NCBI RefSeq assembly: GCF_001598795.1
Contig: NZ_BCZP01000011.1
Coordinates: 150,001-182,000, forward strand
Direction of reading: 5' to 3'
Length of the DNA: 32,000 bases
Source: Delftia acidovorans NBRC 14950
Lineage (GTDB): Bacteria; Pseudomonadota; Gammaproteobacteria; Burkholderiales; Burkholderiaceae_C
Under the pieces are notes generated by a model. It saw only the letters and a program-made list of their open reading frames with translations, had not been told where the DNA came from and did no database searches. Positions 17,724-25,010 of the stretch are shown piece after piece; the first letter of the stretch is position 1; every line of letters begins with the position of its first letter. The position numbers were made by a program, and so were the translations under genes.

Positions 17724-19514
17724 TCAGGCCACGGCAGCCGGCAGCGGCGTGCGGGCGGCGGACTCGGTGCGGCGCAGCCAGTGCTCCGCATCCAGCAGCC
17801 CATGCGCGAAGAACCAGGCCGCGCTGTCCGCCTTGGAGCGGCGCAGCGCCGGATCGGCCAGCGACTGGCTGACACGCGCCGCGCGCGCCCAGGCAAAGGC
17901 CATGCACAGCGTGCCGACCAGGCGCAGATAGTCCTCGGCGCAGCGCGCCAGCAACGGGGCATCGCCTGCGGCGCGGGCGCACAGCGCGCCCGTCAGCGCT
18001 TCGGTCCGATCGCTCCAGCTGCGCAGCGCGCCGGCCAGGCCGGGCTCCATGCCCGCCGCCTCGCAGGCAGCGGCCTCCTCGCGCAGTGCCGCCAGCAGCG
18101 GCGCCAGCGCGGCCCCTCCGCTGGCCGCCACCTTGCGCTGCAGCAGGTCCAGCGCCTGGATCTGGTTCGTGCCCTCGTAGATCATGGCGATGCGGGCATC
18201 GCGCAGCGTCTGCTCGATGCGGTACTCGTGCACATAGCCGTAGCCGCCGAAGACCTGCAGCGCCTCGCTGGCCAGCGCAAAGCCCCGCTCGGTGAAGAAG
18301 GACTTGACCACGGGCGTGAGCAGCGAGGCCAGCGCATGGGCCTGGGCGCGCTCCTCGGCATCCGGCGCCTGTTCGGCCAGGTCCAGCTGGTGCGCCACCC
18401 AGCCTGCAATGGCGCGCATGCCTTCGGTCCACACACGCAGGTCGGCCAGCATGCGCTGCACGGCCGGCTGCAGGGCGATGGGGTCGGCGGGGCCCTGCGC
18501 ATCGGCAGGCCGGGGCTGGGCGCGCATCTGGCGGCGCTCGGCTGCATAGGCGCGCGCCAGCTGCCAGGCCATCTCGGCATGGCCCAGGCCCTGCAGGCCC
18601 ACGTGCAGGCGGGCCGAGTTCATCATCACGAACATGGCGGCCAGGCCCTGGTGGGGCTGGCCCACCAGCCAGGCCTGGGCGCCCTCGAAGCGCATGGCGC
18701 AGGTGGCGCTGCCCTTGATGCCCATCTTCTTTTCGATGCCGTCGCAGTGAATGGCGTTGGGCAGGAACCCGCCGCCGTCCTGGGGAATGCCGCGCGGCGC
18801 CAGGAAGAGCGACAGCCCGCGCGTGCCTGCGGGCGCATCGGGCAGGCGCGCCAGTACCAGGTGGACGATGTTCTCGCTCATGTCCTGGTCGCCGCCCGAG
18901 ATGAAGATCTTGCTGCCGTCCAGGCGGTAGCTGCCATCGCCCCGGGGCCGGGCCTGGCTGCGCAGCAGGCCCAGGTCGGAGCCGGCCTGGGGCTCGGTCA
19001 GGCACATGGTGGCCAGCCAGCGGCCGCTGACGATGTGGGGCAGGTAGGTGGCGCGCAGGTGCTCGTCGCCATGCGCATGCAGGCAGGCATAGGCGCCGTG
19101 CAGGATGCCCGGGTACATGGTCCAGCCATGGTTGGCCGAGGCCAGCATTTCGTGCAGCGCGGCATCCAGCAGCTGGGGCAGGCCTTGGCCGCCGGCCTCG
19201 GGCGCGCAGGCCAGGGCCGGCCAGCCGGCTTCCACGAAAGCCGCATAGGCCTCGGGAAAGCCGTCGGGCGTGCGCACCCTGCCCTCTTCCAGGCGGCAGC
19301 CCTGCAGGTCGGCCGGGCCGTTGAGCGGCGCCAGCACGTCGGCGCAAAAGCGCCCGGCCGCCTCGACCACCATGTCGGCCGTCTCCTGGTCCAGGGCTTC
19401 ATGGGCCGGCATGCGGCGCCAGTCGGCCTCTGCGCCCAGCCAGTGCTGCTGAACGAAGCGGATGTCCTGCAGCGGCGGCTGGTAATGCGAGCAAATTGAT
19501 GCCTGCGCGCTCAT
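17724..19514 (-). CDS. Large (about 596 aa) acyl-CoA dehydrogenase (FadE/HcaD-like)
   Basis: Starts MSAQASICSHYQPPLQDIRF and contains LATMCLTEPQAGSDLGLLRSQA, GSKIFISGGDQDMSENIVHLVLAR, and YGGYGYVHEYRIEQTLRDARIAMIYEGTNQIQALDLL. Its ATG overlaps the MFS stop codon (ATGA at 19511..19514). The 1074-aa track ORF is a frame fusion. Confidence 0.9.
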   Translation of the reverse strand: MSAQASICSHYQPPLQDIRFVQQHWLGAEADWRRMPAHEALDQETADMVVEAAGRFCADVLAPLNGPADLQGCRLEEGRVRTPDGFPEAYAAFVEAGWPALACAPEAGGQGLPQLLDAALHEMLASANHGWTMYPGILHGAYACLHAHGDEHLRATYLPHIVSGRWLATMCLTEPQAGSDLGLLRSQARPRGDGSYRLDGSKIFISGGDQDMSENIVHLVLARLPDAPAGTRGLSLFLAPRGIPQDGGGFLPNAIHCDGIEKKMGIKGSATCAMRFEGAQAWLVGQPHQGLAAMFVMMNSARLHVGLQGLGHAEMAWQLARAYAAERRQMRAQPRPADAQGPADPIALQPAVQRMLADLRVWTEGMRAIAGWVAHQLDLAEQAPDAEERAQAHALASLLTPVVKSFFTERGFALASEALQVFGGYGYVHEYRIEQTLRDARIAMIYEGTNQIQALDLLQRKVAASGGAALAPLLAALREEAAACEAAGMEPGLAGALRSWSDRTEALTGALCARAAGDAPLLARCAEDYLRLVGTLCMAFAWARAARVSQSLADPALRRSKADSAAWFFAHGLLDAEHWLRRTESAARTPLPAAVA

Positions 19515-20881
19515 GCCCGACCCTCCATGGCCGCGACCAGGCGGCGGTAGGGGCCGATGGCGCTGGCCAGGCACAGCACGGACAGCAGCGCGGCCAGGGC
19601 GGACACCAGGCCCAGCGACAGGCCCACGAGCTTTTCGTCGTGGAAGACGAAGTCGGTGAAAAAGGCCACTAGGAAGGGACCGAGGCCCAGCCCGATCAGG
19701 TTGATCAGCAGCAGGTAGATGGAAGTCACCTGGCCGCGCAGCTGGTTGGGCGTGACCGCCTGCAGGATGGGCGGCGCCAGCGCCACCGGCATGCCCAGGA
19801 AGAAGGTGGTGGCCGCCACGGCCACCAGGGCCACCGTGGGCGAAGGCGCAAAGGCCAGCACCAGGCCGGTGATGATGAGCACGCCGGTGGCCACCAGCGA
19901 GATGACGATCGAGCCCACCTGCTTGCCACGCGCCGTGAGGTAGTCGGCCAGGAAGCCGCTGAGCAGCATGCCGCCAATGCCGAAGGTCAGGATGATGACG
20001 CCGTAGGCCGGGCCGATCTCGCCGGGCGTCCAGCCCCACTGGCGGATGAAGGTGGCCGGCAGCCAGGCCGTGACACCGAAGGTGATCATGGCCGTGATGC
20101 CCGGCGCCAGCAGCAGCGGCAGGAAGGCGCGCTTGTTGCGGAACACATGGGACAGATCGGGCGCGGGGCCTGCTGCAGCGGCGGCCCTGGCGGAGGCGCC
20201 TGCCGCCTGCAGGCCGCGGCGCACCGGCTCGCGCACGGTGTACATCAGCGCCACCAGCGGAATGCCGGGCAGGGCCACGAAGATGAAGGCCGCCTGCCAG
20301 GGCTTGAAGCTGCCCAGCAGCGGGAACACCACTTCTCCCGCCTGGCTGGTGGCCTGGATGACCAGGCCGCCCACGATGAAGGCCGTGGCCGAGCCGATGT
20401 ACACGCCCGAGGTGTAGATGCTCATGGCGCGCGCGCGGCGCTCGGGCGGGAAGTAGTCGGCCAGCATGGAATAGGCAGCCGGCGACAGCGCCGCCTCGCC
20501 CACGCCCACGAACATGCGCGCCACGAACAGCGAGACAAAGCCCGTGACATAGCCACCGGCCGCCGTGGCCACCACCCAGATCGCCATGCCGATGACGATG
20601 AGGTTGCGGCGGTTCCAGCGGTCGGCCAGGCGCCCCAGGAAGATGCCGACGAAGGTGTAGAAGATGGCGAAGGCAAAGCCGTGGACGATGCTGAACACCC
20701 AGTCCGACAGCTGCAGATCCTTCTTGATGGGCTGCACCAGCAGGCCCAGGATCTGCCGGTCCACGAAGGACAGGGTGTAGGCCAGCAGCAGGATGATGGT
20801 GACGTAGTAGGCATAGCCGAGTCCGTTTGACTCGGCCGGCGCGGGCGTGGACACGCGGCCCGGCGGGTAAGGCAGGCTCAT
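19511..20881 (-). CDS. MFS transporter (aromatic-acid/HcaK-like by context)
   Basis: Starts MSLPYPPGRV and contains AYTLSFVDRQILGLLVQPIKKDL and GRLADRWNRRNLI, the MFS loop 2-3 motif. About 12 TM segments. AGGAGG RBS before ATG 20881. Confidence 0.85.
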   Translation of the reverse strand: MSLPYPPGRVSTPAPAESNGLGYAYYVTIILLLAYTLSFVDRQILGLLVQPIKKDLQLSDWVFSIVHGFAFAIFYTFVGIFLGRLADRWNRRNLIVIGMAIWVVATAAGGYVTGFVSLFVARMFVGVGEAALSPAAYSMLADYFPPERRARAMSIYTSGVYIGSATAFIVGGLVIQATSQAGEVVFPLLGSFKPWQAAFIFVALPGIPLVALMYTVREPVRRGLQAAGASARAAAAAGPAPDLSHVFRNKRAFLPLLLAPGITAMITFGVTAWLPATFIRQWGWTPGEIGPAYGVIILTFGIGGMLLSGFLADYLTARGKQVGSIVISLVATGVLIITGLVLAFAPSPTVALVAVAATTFFLGMPVALAPPILQAVTPNQLRGQVTSIYLLLINLIGLGLGPFLVAFFTDFVFHDEKLVGLSLGLVSALAALLSVLCLASAIGPYRRLVAAMEGRA

Positions 20882-20949
20882 GGAGACCTCCTGTGGAGGA
20901 AGGGAAAGCGGAAAAAAGAAAGCGGGAAAGCGAGAAAGGGATGCGCATG

Positions 20950-20978
20950 AAAAGGGCCGGCGCACCGCGCCAGCCCTT
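20950..20978 (-). terminator. Terminator-like or attenuator hairpin between the acyl-CoA synthetase and MFS genes
   Basis: Minus strand reads AAGGGC-T-GGCGC-GGT-GCGCC-G-GCCCTT followed by TTTTC. It lies 10 nt after the stop codon at 20988. Confidence 0.5.
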
Positions 20979-20987
20979 GCGCGGGCA

Positions 20988-23168
20988 TCAGCCGGCGCTG
21001 TGCTCGACCAGCATCAGCGCATCGAGCGCGACCACGCCCAGCCCTTCGGGCAGCACGATGACCGGGTTCAGGTCGATCTCGCGGATGGCCGGCGTGCCGC
21101 GCAGCACCTGGCCCAGGCGCACGATGAGTTCGGCCAGCGCCTGGCGGTCCAGCGCCGGGGCGCCACGGTAGCCGTGCAGCAGCGGCGCGCCCTGCAGGCG
21201 GTCCAGTTCGCGCAGCACCTCGCCGGTGGACAGGTCGGCGTCCAGCAGGCGCGCATCGCGCATGATCTCGGCCGTCACGCCGCCCAGGCCGGCCAGGATC
21301 ACCGGGCCCCACTGCGGATCGTTGCGCGCGCCGATGATCATCTCCAGGCCACGTTGGCCCATGGCCTCGATCAGCACGCCGTCCAGCGCAATGGCGCTGT
21401 CATAGGCCGCCACGTTGGCATGCAGCCGGCCCCAGGCCTCGCCCATGGCCTGCGCATCGGCAATGTTCAGGATCACGCCGCCCGCATCGCTCTTGTGGCT
21501 GAGGTCGGCGGACTGCGCCTTGAGCGCCACGGGCCAGCCGATCTCCGACGCAATCGCCACGGCCTGCTCGGCCGAGGTGGCCAGCCGGCCGCGCGCAAAG
21601 GGTATGCCGGCCTGTGCCAGCACGGCCTTGGATTCGTACTCGGGCACCACCGTGCGGCCTGCGGGCAGGGTCAGGGCGACGGGCTGGGCATCGGTGCGCT
21701 CGAAACTGCGCTGGCTGAAGGCGGTCAGGCGCTGCACGGCGCGCAGGGCACGCTCGGTGCTGGGGAAGTACGGCACGCCCAGCGCACGCATCTCGGCGAT
21801 GAACTCGGCAGGCACGGCCGCGCCCTCGTCCAGGCCCGCCACGATGACGGGCTTGGCCGGCCGCAGCTCGCGCACGGCGCGCAGCACGGGCGGCATCTTG
21901 ATGCCGCAGGTCACCGGATCGCCCTGGATCAGGCCGACCAGGACGGTGGAAAAGCGCGCATCGCCAAACAGCGCATCCAGCGTGCGGAAATACAGATCCG
22001 GCTCCACCAGGCCCTGGGCCGTGAGGTCCAGCGGGTTGCTCACGCCCACGAACTCGGGCAGTGCCGCACGCAGCGCGGGCGAGTCGTCGTCGCCGATGGC
22101 GGGCAGGGCCAGGCCCAGTTCCTCGGCCCAGTCCAGCGTCAGCGCCTTGAAGGCGCCGGACTCGCCCAGCACGGCAACTCCCGCTGCAGCGGCTGCACCG
22201 GCTGCAGCGGCCGCACCAGCCGATGGCAGCACGGGGCAGCGGATGGCGATCTCGGCGATGTCGCCCAGCTCCTCCAGTGTCTCGGCAAACACGGCGCCTG
22301 CGCGTTCCAGCTTGGTGCGCATCAGCGCATAGTCGCCGGCCATGGCGCCGGTGTGCGTGGCGGCCGAGGCGCGCGCCGCGCTGCTCTTGCCCGGATGCAG
22401 CAGCACCACCGACTTGCCCAGGCTGCGCGCACGGGCCACGGCGGCCAGGATGCGCGCGGGCTGGCGGAACTGCTCGACGATCATGGCGACCACGCGCGTG
22501 GAAGGCTGCTCCAGCAGGAAGTCCACATAGTCCTCGGCATGGCTGGCGGCCTCGTTGCCCGTGGAGATGGCGTGCGACAGCGGCAGCGCGCGGCTGGCCA
22601 GCGTGGTGCACAGCACGGTCATCATGGCGCCGCTTTGCGAGACCACGCCAATGGCAGGCCGCGTGGCATCGGCCTGCTGCGCGTCGATGTTCACTTCGAC
22701 AAAGGTCAGCGGCACGCGCTGTAGGTAGTTGATGCAGCCCAGGCAGTTGGGGCCTTCCACCACCATGCCGGCCTCGGCGGCAATGCGTGCGATCTCGCGC
22801 TGCTCGGCCATGCCGCGCTCGCCCGCCTCGGCAAAGCCTGCCGAGAAGATCACCGCCGCGCCCACGCGGCGCGCCGCCAGTGCGCGCACCGTGTCCAGCA
22901 CAAAGGGCTGAGGGATGGCCAGCACGGCCACATCCACGCCTTCGGGCAGCTGATCGACCGAGGCCAGGCAGGCCCGCCCGGCGATCTCGCTGCGCTTGGG
23001 ATTGATCAGGTGGATGTCGCCGGCAAAGCCGTTGCGCTCCAGGTTGCCCAGCACCGATGCGCCCAGCGCACCCGGCGTGGCCGAGGCGCCGACGATGGCG
23101 ATGGAACGCGGCCTCAGCAGCCTGCCGATGTCGGGCCGCGGGGCGGCCGCCATCTCTGTCGTTGTCAT
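20988..23168 (-). CDS. ADP-forming (NDP-forming) acyl-CoA synthetase, fused alpha/beta domains; FerA-type candidate hydroxycinnamoyl-CoA synthetase
   Basis: 726 aa. It has a CoA-binding N-terminus (RSIAIVGASATPGALGASVLGNLERNGFAGDIHLINPKR), a ligase-CoA/flavodoxin-like middle domain and a C-terminal ATP-grasp domain (EYESKAVLAQAGIPFARG...VALKAQS). GGAG RBS before ATG 23168; the track start at 23180 is a TTG. Confidence 0.8.
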   Translation of the reverse strand: MTTTEMAAAPRPDIGRLLRPRSIAIVGASATPGALGASVLGNLERNGFAGDIHLINPKRSEIAGRACLASVDQLPEGVDVAVLAIPQPFVLDTVRALAARRVGAAVIFSAGFAEAGERGMAEQREIARIAAEAGMVVEGPNCLGCINYLQRVPLTFVEVNIDAQQADATRPAIGVVSQSGAMMTVLCTTLASRALPLSHAISTGNEAASHAEDYVDFLLEQPSTRVVAMIVEQFRQPARILAAVARARSLGKSVVLLHPGKSSAARASAATHTGAMAGDYALMRTKLERAGAVFAETLEELGDIAEIAIRCPVLPSAGAAAAAGAAAAAGVAVLGESGAFKALTLDWAEELGLALPAIGDDDSPALRAALPEFVGVSNPLDLTAQGLVEPDLYFRTLDALFGDARFSTVLVGLIQGDPVTCGIKMPPVLRAVRELRPAKPVIVAGLDEGAAVPAEFIAEMRALGVPYFPSTERALRAVQRLTAFSQRSFERTDAQPVALTLPAGRTVVPEYESKAVLAQAGIPFARGRLATSAEQAVAIASEIGWPVALKAQSADLSHKSDAGGVILNIADAQAMGEAWGRLHANVAAYDSAIALDGVLIEAMGQRGLEMIIGARNDPQWGPVILAGLGGVTAEIMRDARLLDADLSTGEVLRELDRLQGAPLLHGYRGAPALDRQALAELIVRLGQVLRGTPAIREIDLNPVIVLPEGLGVVALDALMLVEHSAG

Positions 23169-23238
23169 TCTTGTCTCCAATGGGTTGGCGGCAGGCGCCC
23201 TAGCAGCGAGGGCGCGGCCACTCAGGATGTGCGGGTCT

Positions 23239-24078
23239 TCAGGACTTTTGCTTCGAGAGGTCGTAGGTGCCCAGGCCGGGCTTGTAGGTCTTGTCGTCGA
23301 GGAACTGGCGCATGCCTTCCTTGCGGCCTTCGTTGTCGTAGCTGTTGGCGGCTTCCTGGGCGCGCACCAGGTAGTCCTCGGCGTTGTCGTAGCTCATGTC
23401 GCGCACGCGGCGGATGGCGTCCTTGGTGGCCTTCAGGGCGCTGGGGTTCTTCTGCAGCAGGGCCTCGGCCACTTCGGTGACGCGGGTCTGCAGGCGATCG
23501 GCCGGCAGCGACTCGTTGACCAGGCCCCACTCGGCGGCCGTGCGGCCGTCGATGTTCTCGCCCAGCATGGCGTGGTACATGGCACGGCGGAAGGACAGCA
23601 GTTCCACCGCCACCTTGGAGGCGCCGCCACCGGGCAGGATGCCCCAGTTGATTTCGGACAGGCCGAACTTGGCGTCATCCGAGGCAAAGGCCAGGTCGCA
23701 GGCGAACAGCGGGCCGTAGCCGCCGCCGAAGCACCAGCCGTTGACCATGGCAATGGTCGGCTTCTGGAACCAGCGCAGGCGGCGCCACCAGCCATAGCTC
23801 TCGCGCTGGGCCTTGCGGGTTCCGGCCAGGCCGGTGGCCTCGGTCTCGCGGAAGTATTCCTTCAGGTCCATGCCGGCCGTCCAGGCCGTGCCTTCGCCTG
23901 CAAGCACGACCACGCCCACGTCGTCACGGAACTCCAGGTCGTCGAGCACACGCATCATCTGGCGGTTGAGCTGGGGGCTCATGGCGTTGCGCTTTTCAGG
24001 GCGGTTGAATTTCACCCAGGCCACGCGGCCTGTGACGGTGCAGGACACGGTCTGTTCTTCGGTACGTTCGGTGCTCAT
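23239..24078 (-). CDS. ech: p-Hydroxycinnamoyl-CoA (feruloyl-CoA) hydratase/lyase, HCHL type
   Basis: 279 aa. Long blocks match my recollection of Pseudomonas HCHL: NRPEKRNAMSP, AWTAGMDLKEYFRE, KPTIAMVNGWCFGGG, FGLSEINWGI (catalytic Glu), GLVNES, and GMRQFLDDKTYKPGL. AAGGAAG RBS before ATG 24078. Confidence 0.85.
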   Translation of the reverse strand: MSTERTEEQTVSCTVTGRVAWVKFNRPEKRNAMSPQLNRQMMRVLDDLEFRDDVGVVVLAGEGTAWTAGMDLKEYFRETEATGLAGTRKAQRESYGWWRRLRWFQKPTIAMVNGWCFGGGYGPLFACDLAFASDDAKFGLSEINWGILPGGGASKVAVELLSFRRAMYHAMLGENIDGRTAAEWGLVNESLPADRLQTRVTEVAEALLQKNPSALKATKDAIRRVRDMSYDNAEDYLVRAQEAANSYDNEGRKEGMRQFLDDKTYKPGLGTYDLSKQKS

Positions 24079-24133
24079 TGCGCTTCCTTGTGCAAAGGGG
24101 AAATGGGGTTTTGGACACCGATGCTTCGGCTCC

Positions 24134-24161
24134 ATAATCGTTATGATAAATAACTATTATT
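24134..24161. promoter_or_regulatory. AT-rich promoter/operator candidate upstream of ech: two adjacent ATAA-N3-TTAT inverted repeats
   Basis: ATAATCGTTAT lies at 24134..24144 and AATAACTATTATT at 24149..24161. Both are 56-83 nt upstream of the ech ATG, in the only AT-rich stretch of the ech-bfr intergenic region. Confidence 0.45.
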
Positions 24162-24341
24162 GAAGCCCGCAATACAGCGTTTACCCTAGCCCCATCCCCC
24201 CGCCAGCCTGCCGCGATGCGAATGCTTCTGCGTCGCGCATGCATGCAATGCGCCGTCCACGGGGAATTGCAGCGCGCGCTTTGGCCCAAGGGCCGGTTCA
24301 CGCGATACTTGCGGCGTTCACACAGTCAGGAGAAGAAGAAC

Positions 24342-24818
24342 ATGCAAGGCCAACCAGAAGTCATCGAATGCCTCATAGAGTTGCTGCGCGGCGAGCTTGC
24401 CGCGCGCGACCAGTACTTCATCCACTCGCGCCAGTACGAAGACCAGGGCCTGCTGCGCCTGTTCGAGCGCATCGGCCATGAGATGGAAGAGGAAACCCAG
24501 CACGCCGACGCCATCCTGCGCCGCATCCTGTTCCTGGGCGGCCGCCCCGACATGCGCCCGCACGAGTTCACGCCCGGCGAGACCGTCGAAGAGATGCTGC
24601 GCAAGGACCTGGCCACCGAATACCGCGTGCGTGACAGCCTGCGCTCGGCCATGGCCCTGTGCGAGCGCCACAGCGACTTCAACAGCCGTGACCTGCTGCT
24701 GGCCCAGCTGCGCGATACCGAGGAAGACCACGCCTACTGGCTGGAGAAGCAACTGGGCCTGATTGAAAAAATAGGCCTGCCCAACTACCTGCAAAGCAAG
24801 ATGGGCGAGCCGGCCTGA
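24342..24818 (+). CDS. bfr: Bacterioferritin-family protein (Thr at the canonical Met52 haem-ligand position)
   Basis: 158 aa. The N-terminal 69 residues align without gaps to E. coli Bfr: VIxxLxxLLxxELxAxxQYFxH, then HExxxEExxHAD and RILFL. AGGAGAAG RBS before ATG 24342. The track start at 24216 was rejected. Confidence 0.9.
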   Translation: MQGQPEVIECLIELLRGELAARDQYFIHSRQYEDQGLLRLFERIGHEMEEETQHADAILRRILFLGGRPDMRPHEFTPGETVEEMLRKDLATEYRVRDSLRSAMALCERHSDFNSRDLLLAQLRDTEEDHAYWLEKQLGLIEKIGLPNYLQSKMGEPA

Positions 24819-24824
24819 AGACAA

Positions 24825-24900
24825 GTCGCCCCACGATGAAAAGCAAACCGGCAGCCACGATGAAACGGCAAGCCGGTCGCCCCGCGATGAAACAAGAGCC
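24825..24900 (+). repeat. Three tandem roughly 25-bp imperfect direct repeats, core CC(A/G)CGATGAAA
   Basis: R1 is GTCGCCCCACGATGAAAAGCAAACCG. R2 is GCAGCCACGATGAAACGGCAAGCCG. R3 is GTCGCCCCGCGATGAAACAAGAGCC. They lie between the bfr stop codon and its terminator. Confidence 0.8.
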
Positions 24901-24920
24901 CTCAAGGGCCTGAGAGAAGA

Positions 24921-24971
24921 GAAAAGAAAAAGGGATGGAAAGCCGCAAGGCCTTCCATCCCTTTTCATTTT
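24921..24971. terminator. Bidirectional rho-independent terminator between the convergent bfr and ilvD genes
   Basis: A 12-bp stem GGGATGGAAaGCC / GGCcTTCCATCCC with a GCAA tetraloop (24932..24961). It is flanked by GAAAAGAAAAA on one side and TTTTCATTTTC on the other. Confidence 0.85.
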
Positions 24972-25010
24972 CATCGGGTGCGCACCGCCGGGCGGCGGTG
25001 CTGCCCGGTG

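Noticed and set aside
22183-22218. An 18-bp tandem duplication (gctgcagcggctgcaccg / gctgcagcggccgcacca) inside the ADP-forming synthetase gene.
   Set aside because: It is in frame and encodes a duplicated AGAAAA unit in an Ala/Gly inter-domain linker. This is most likely replication slippage in a flexible linker with no regulatory meaning.
24128-24165. Fur box upstream of bfr and ech.
   Set aside because: The stretch is AT-rich, but in every register I tried it matches GATAATGATAATCATTATC poorly. It is 180 nt from the bfr start codon and much closer to ech. I reported it as a generic operator candidate instead.
24825-24900. A CRISPR-like array.
   Set aside because: The repeats are contiguous with no spacers. 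There are only three units, they are imperfect, and no cas genes or leader are present.
24836-24913. A 25-codon ORF (MKSKPAATMKRQAGRPAMKQEPSRA) as a real micro-protein gene.
   Set aside because: It has no Shine-Dalgarno, and its AAA-rich codon usage is atypical for this genome. The reading frame is simply a by-product of the 24/27-nt repeat spacing. It is mentioned only inside the repeat finding.
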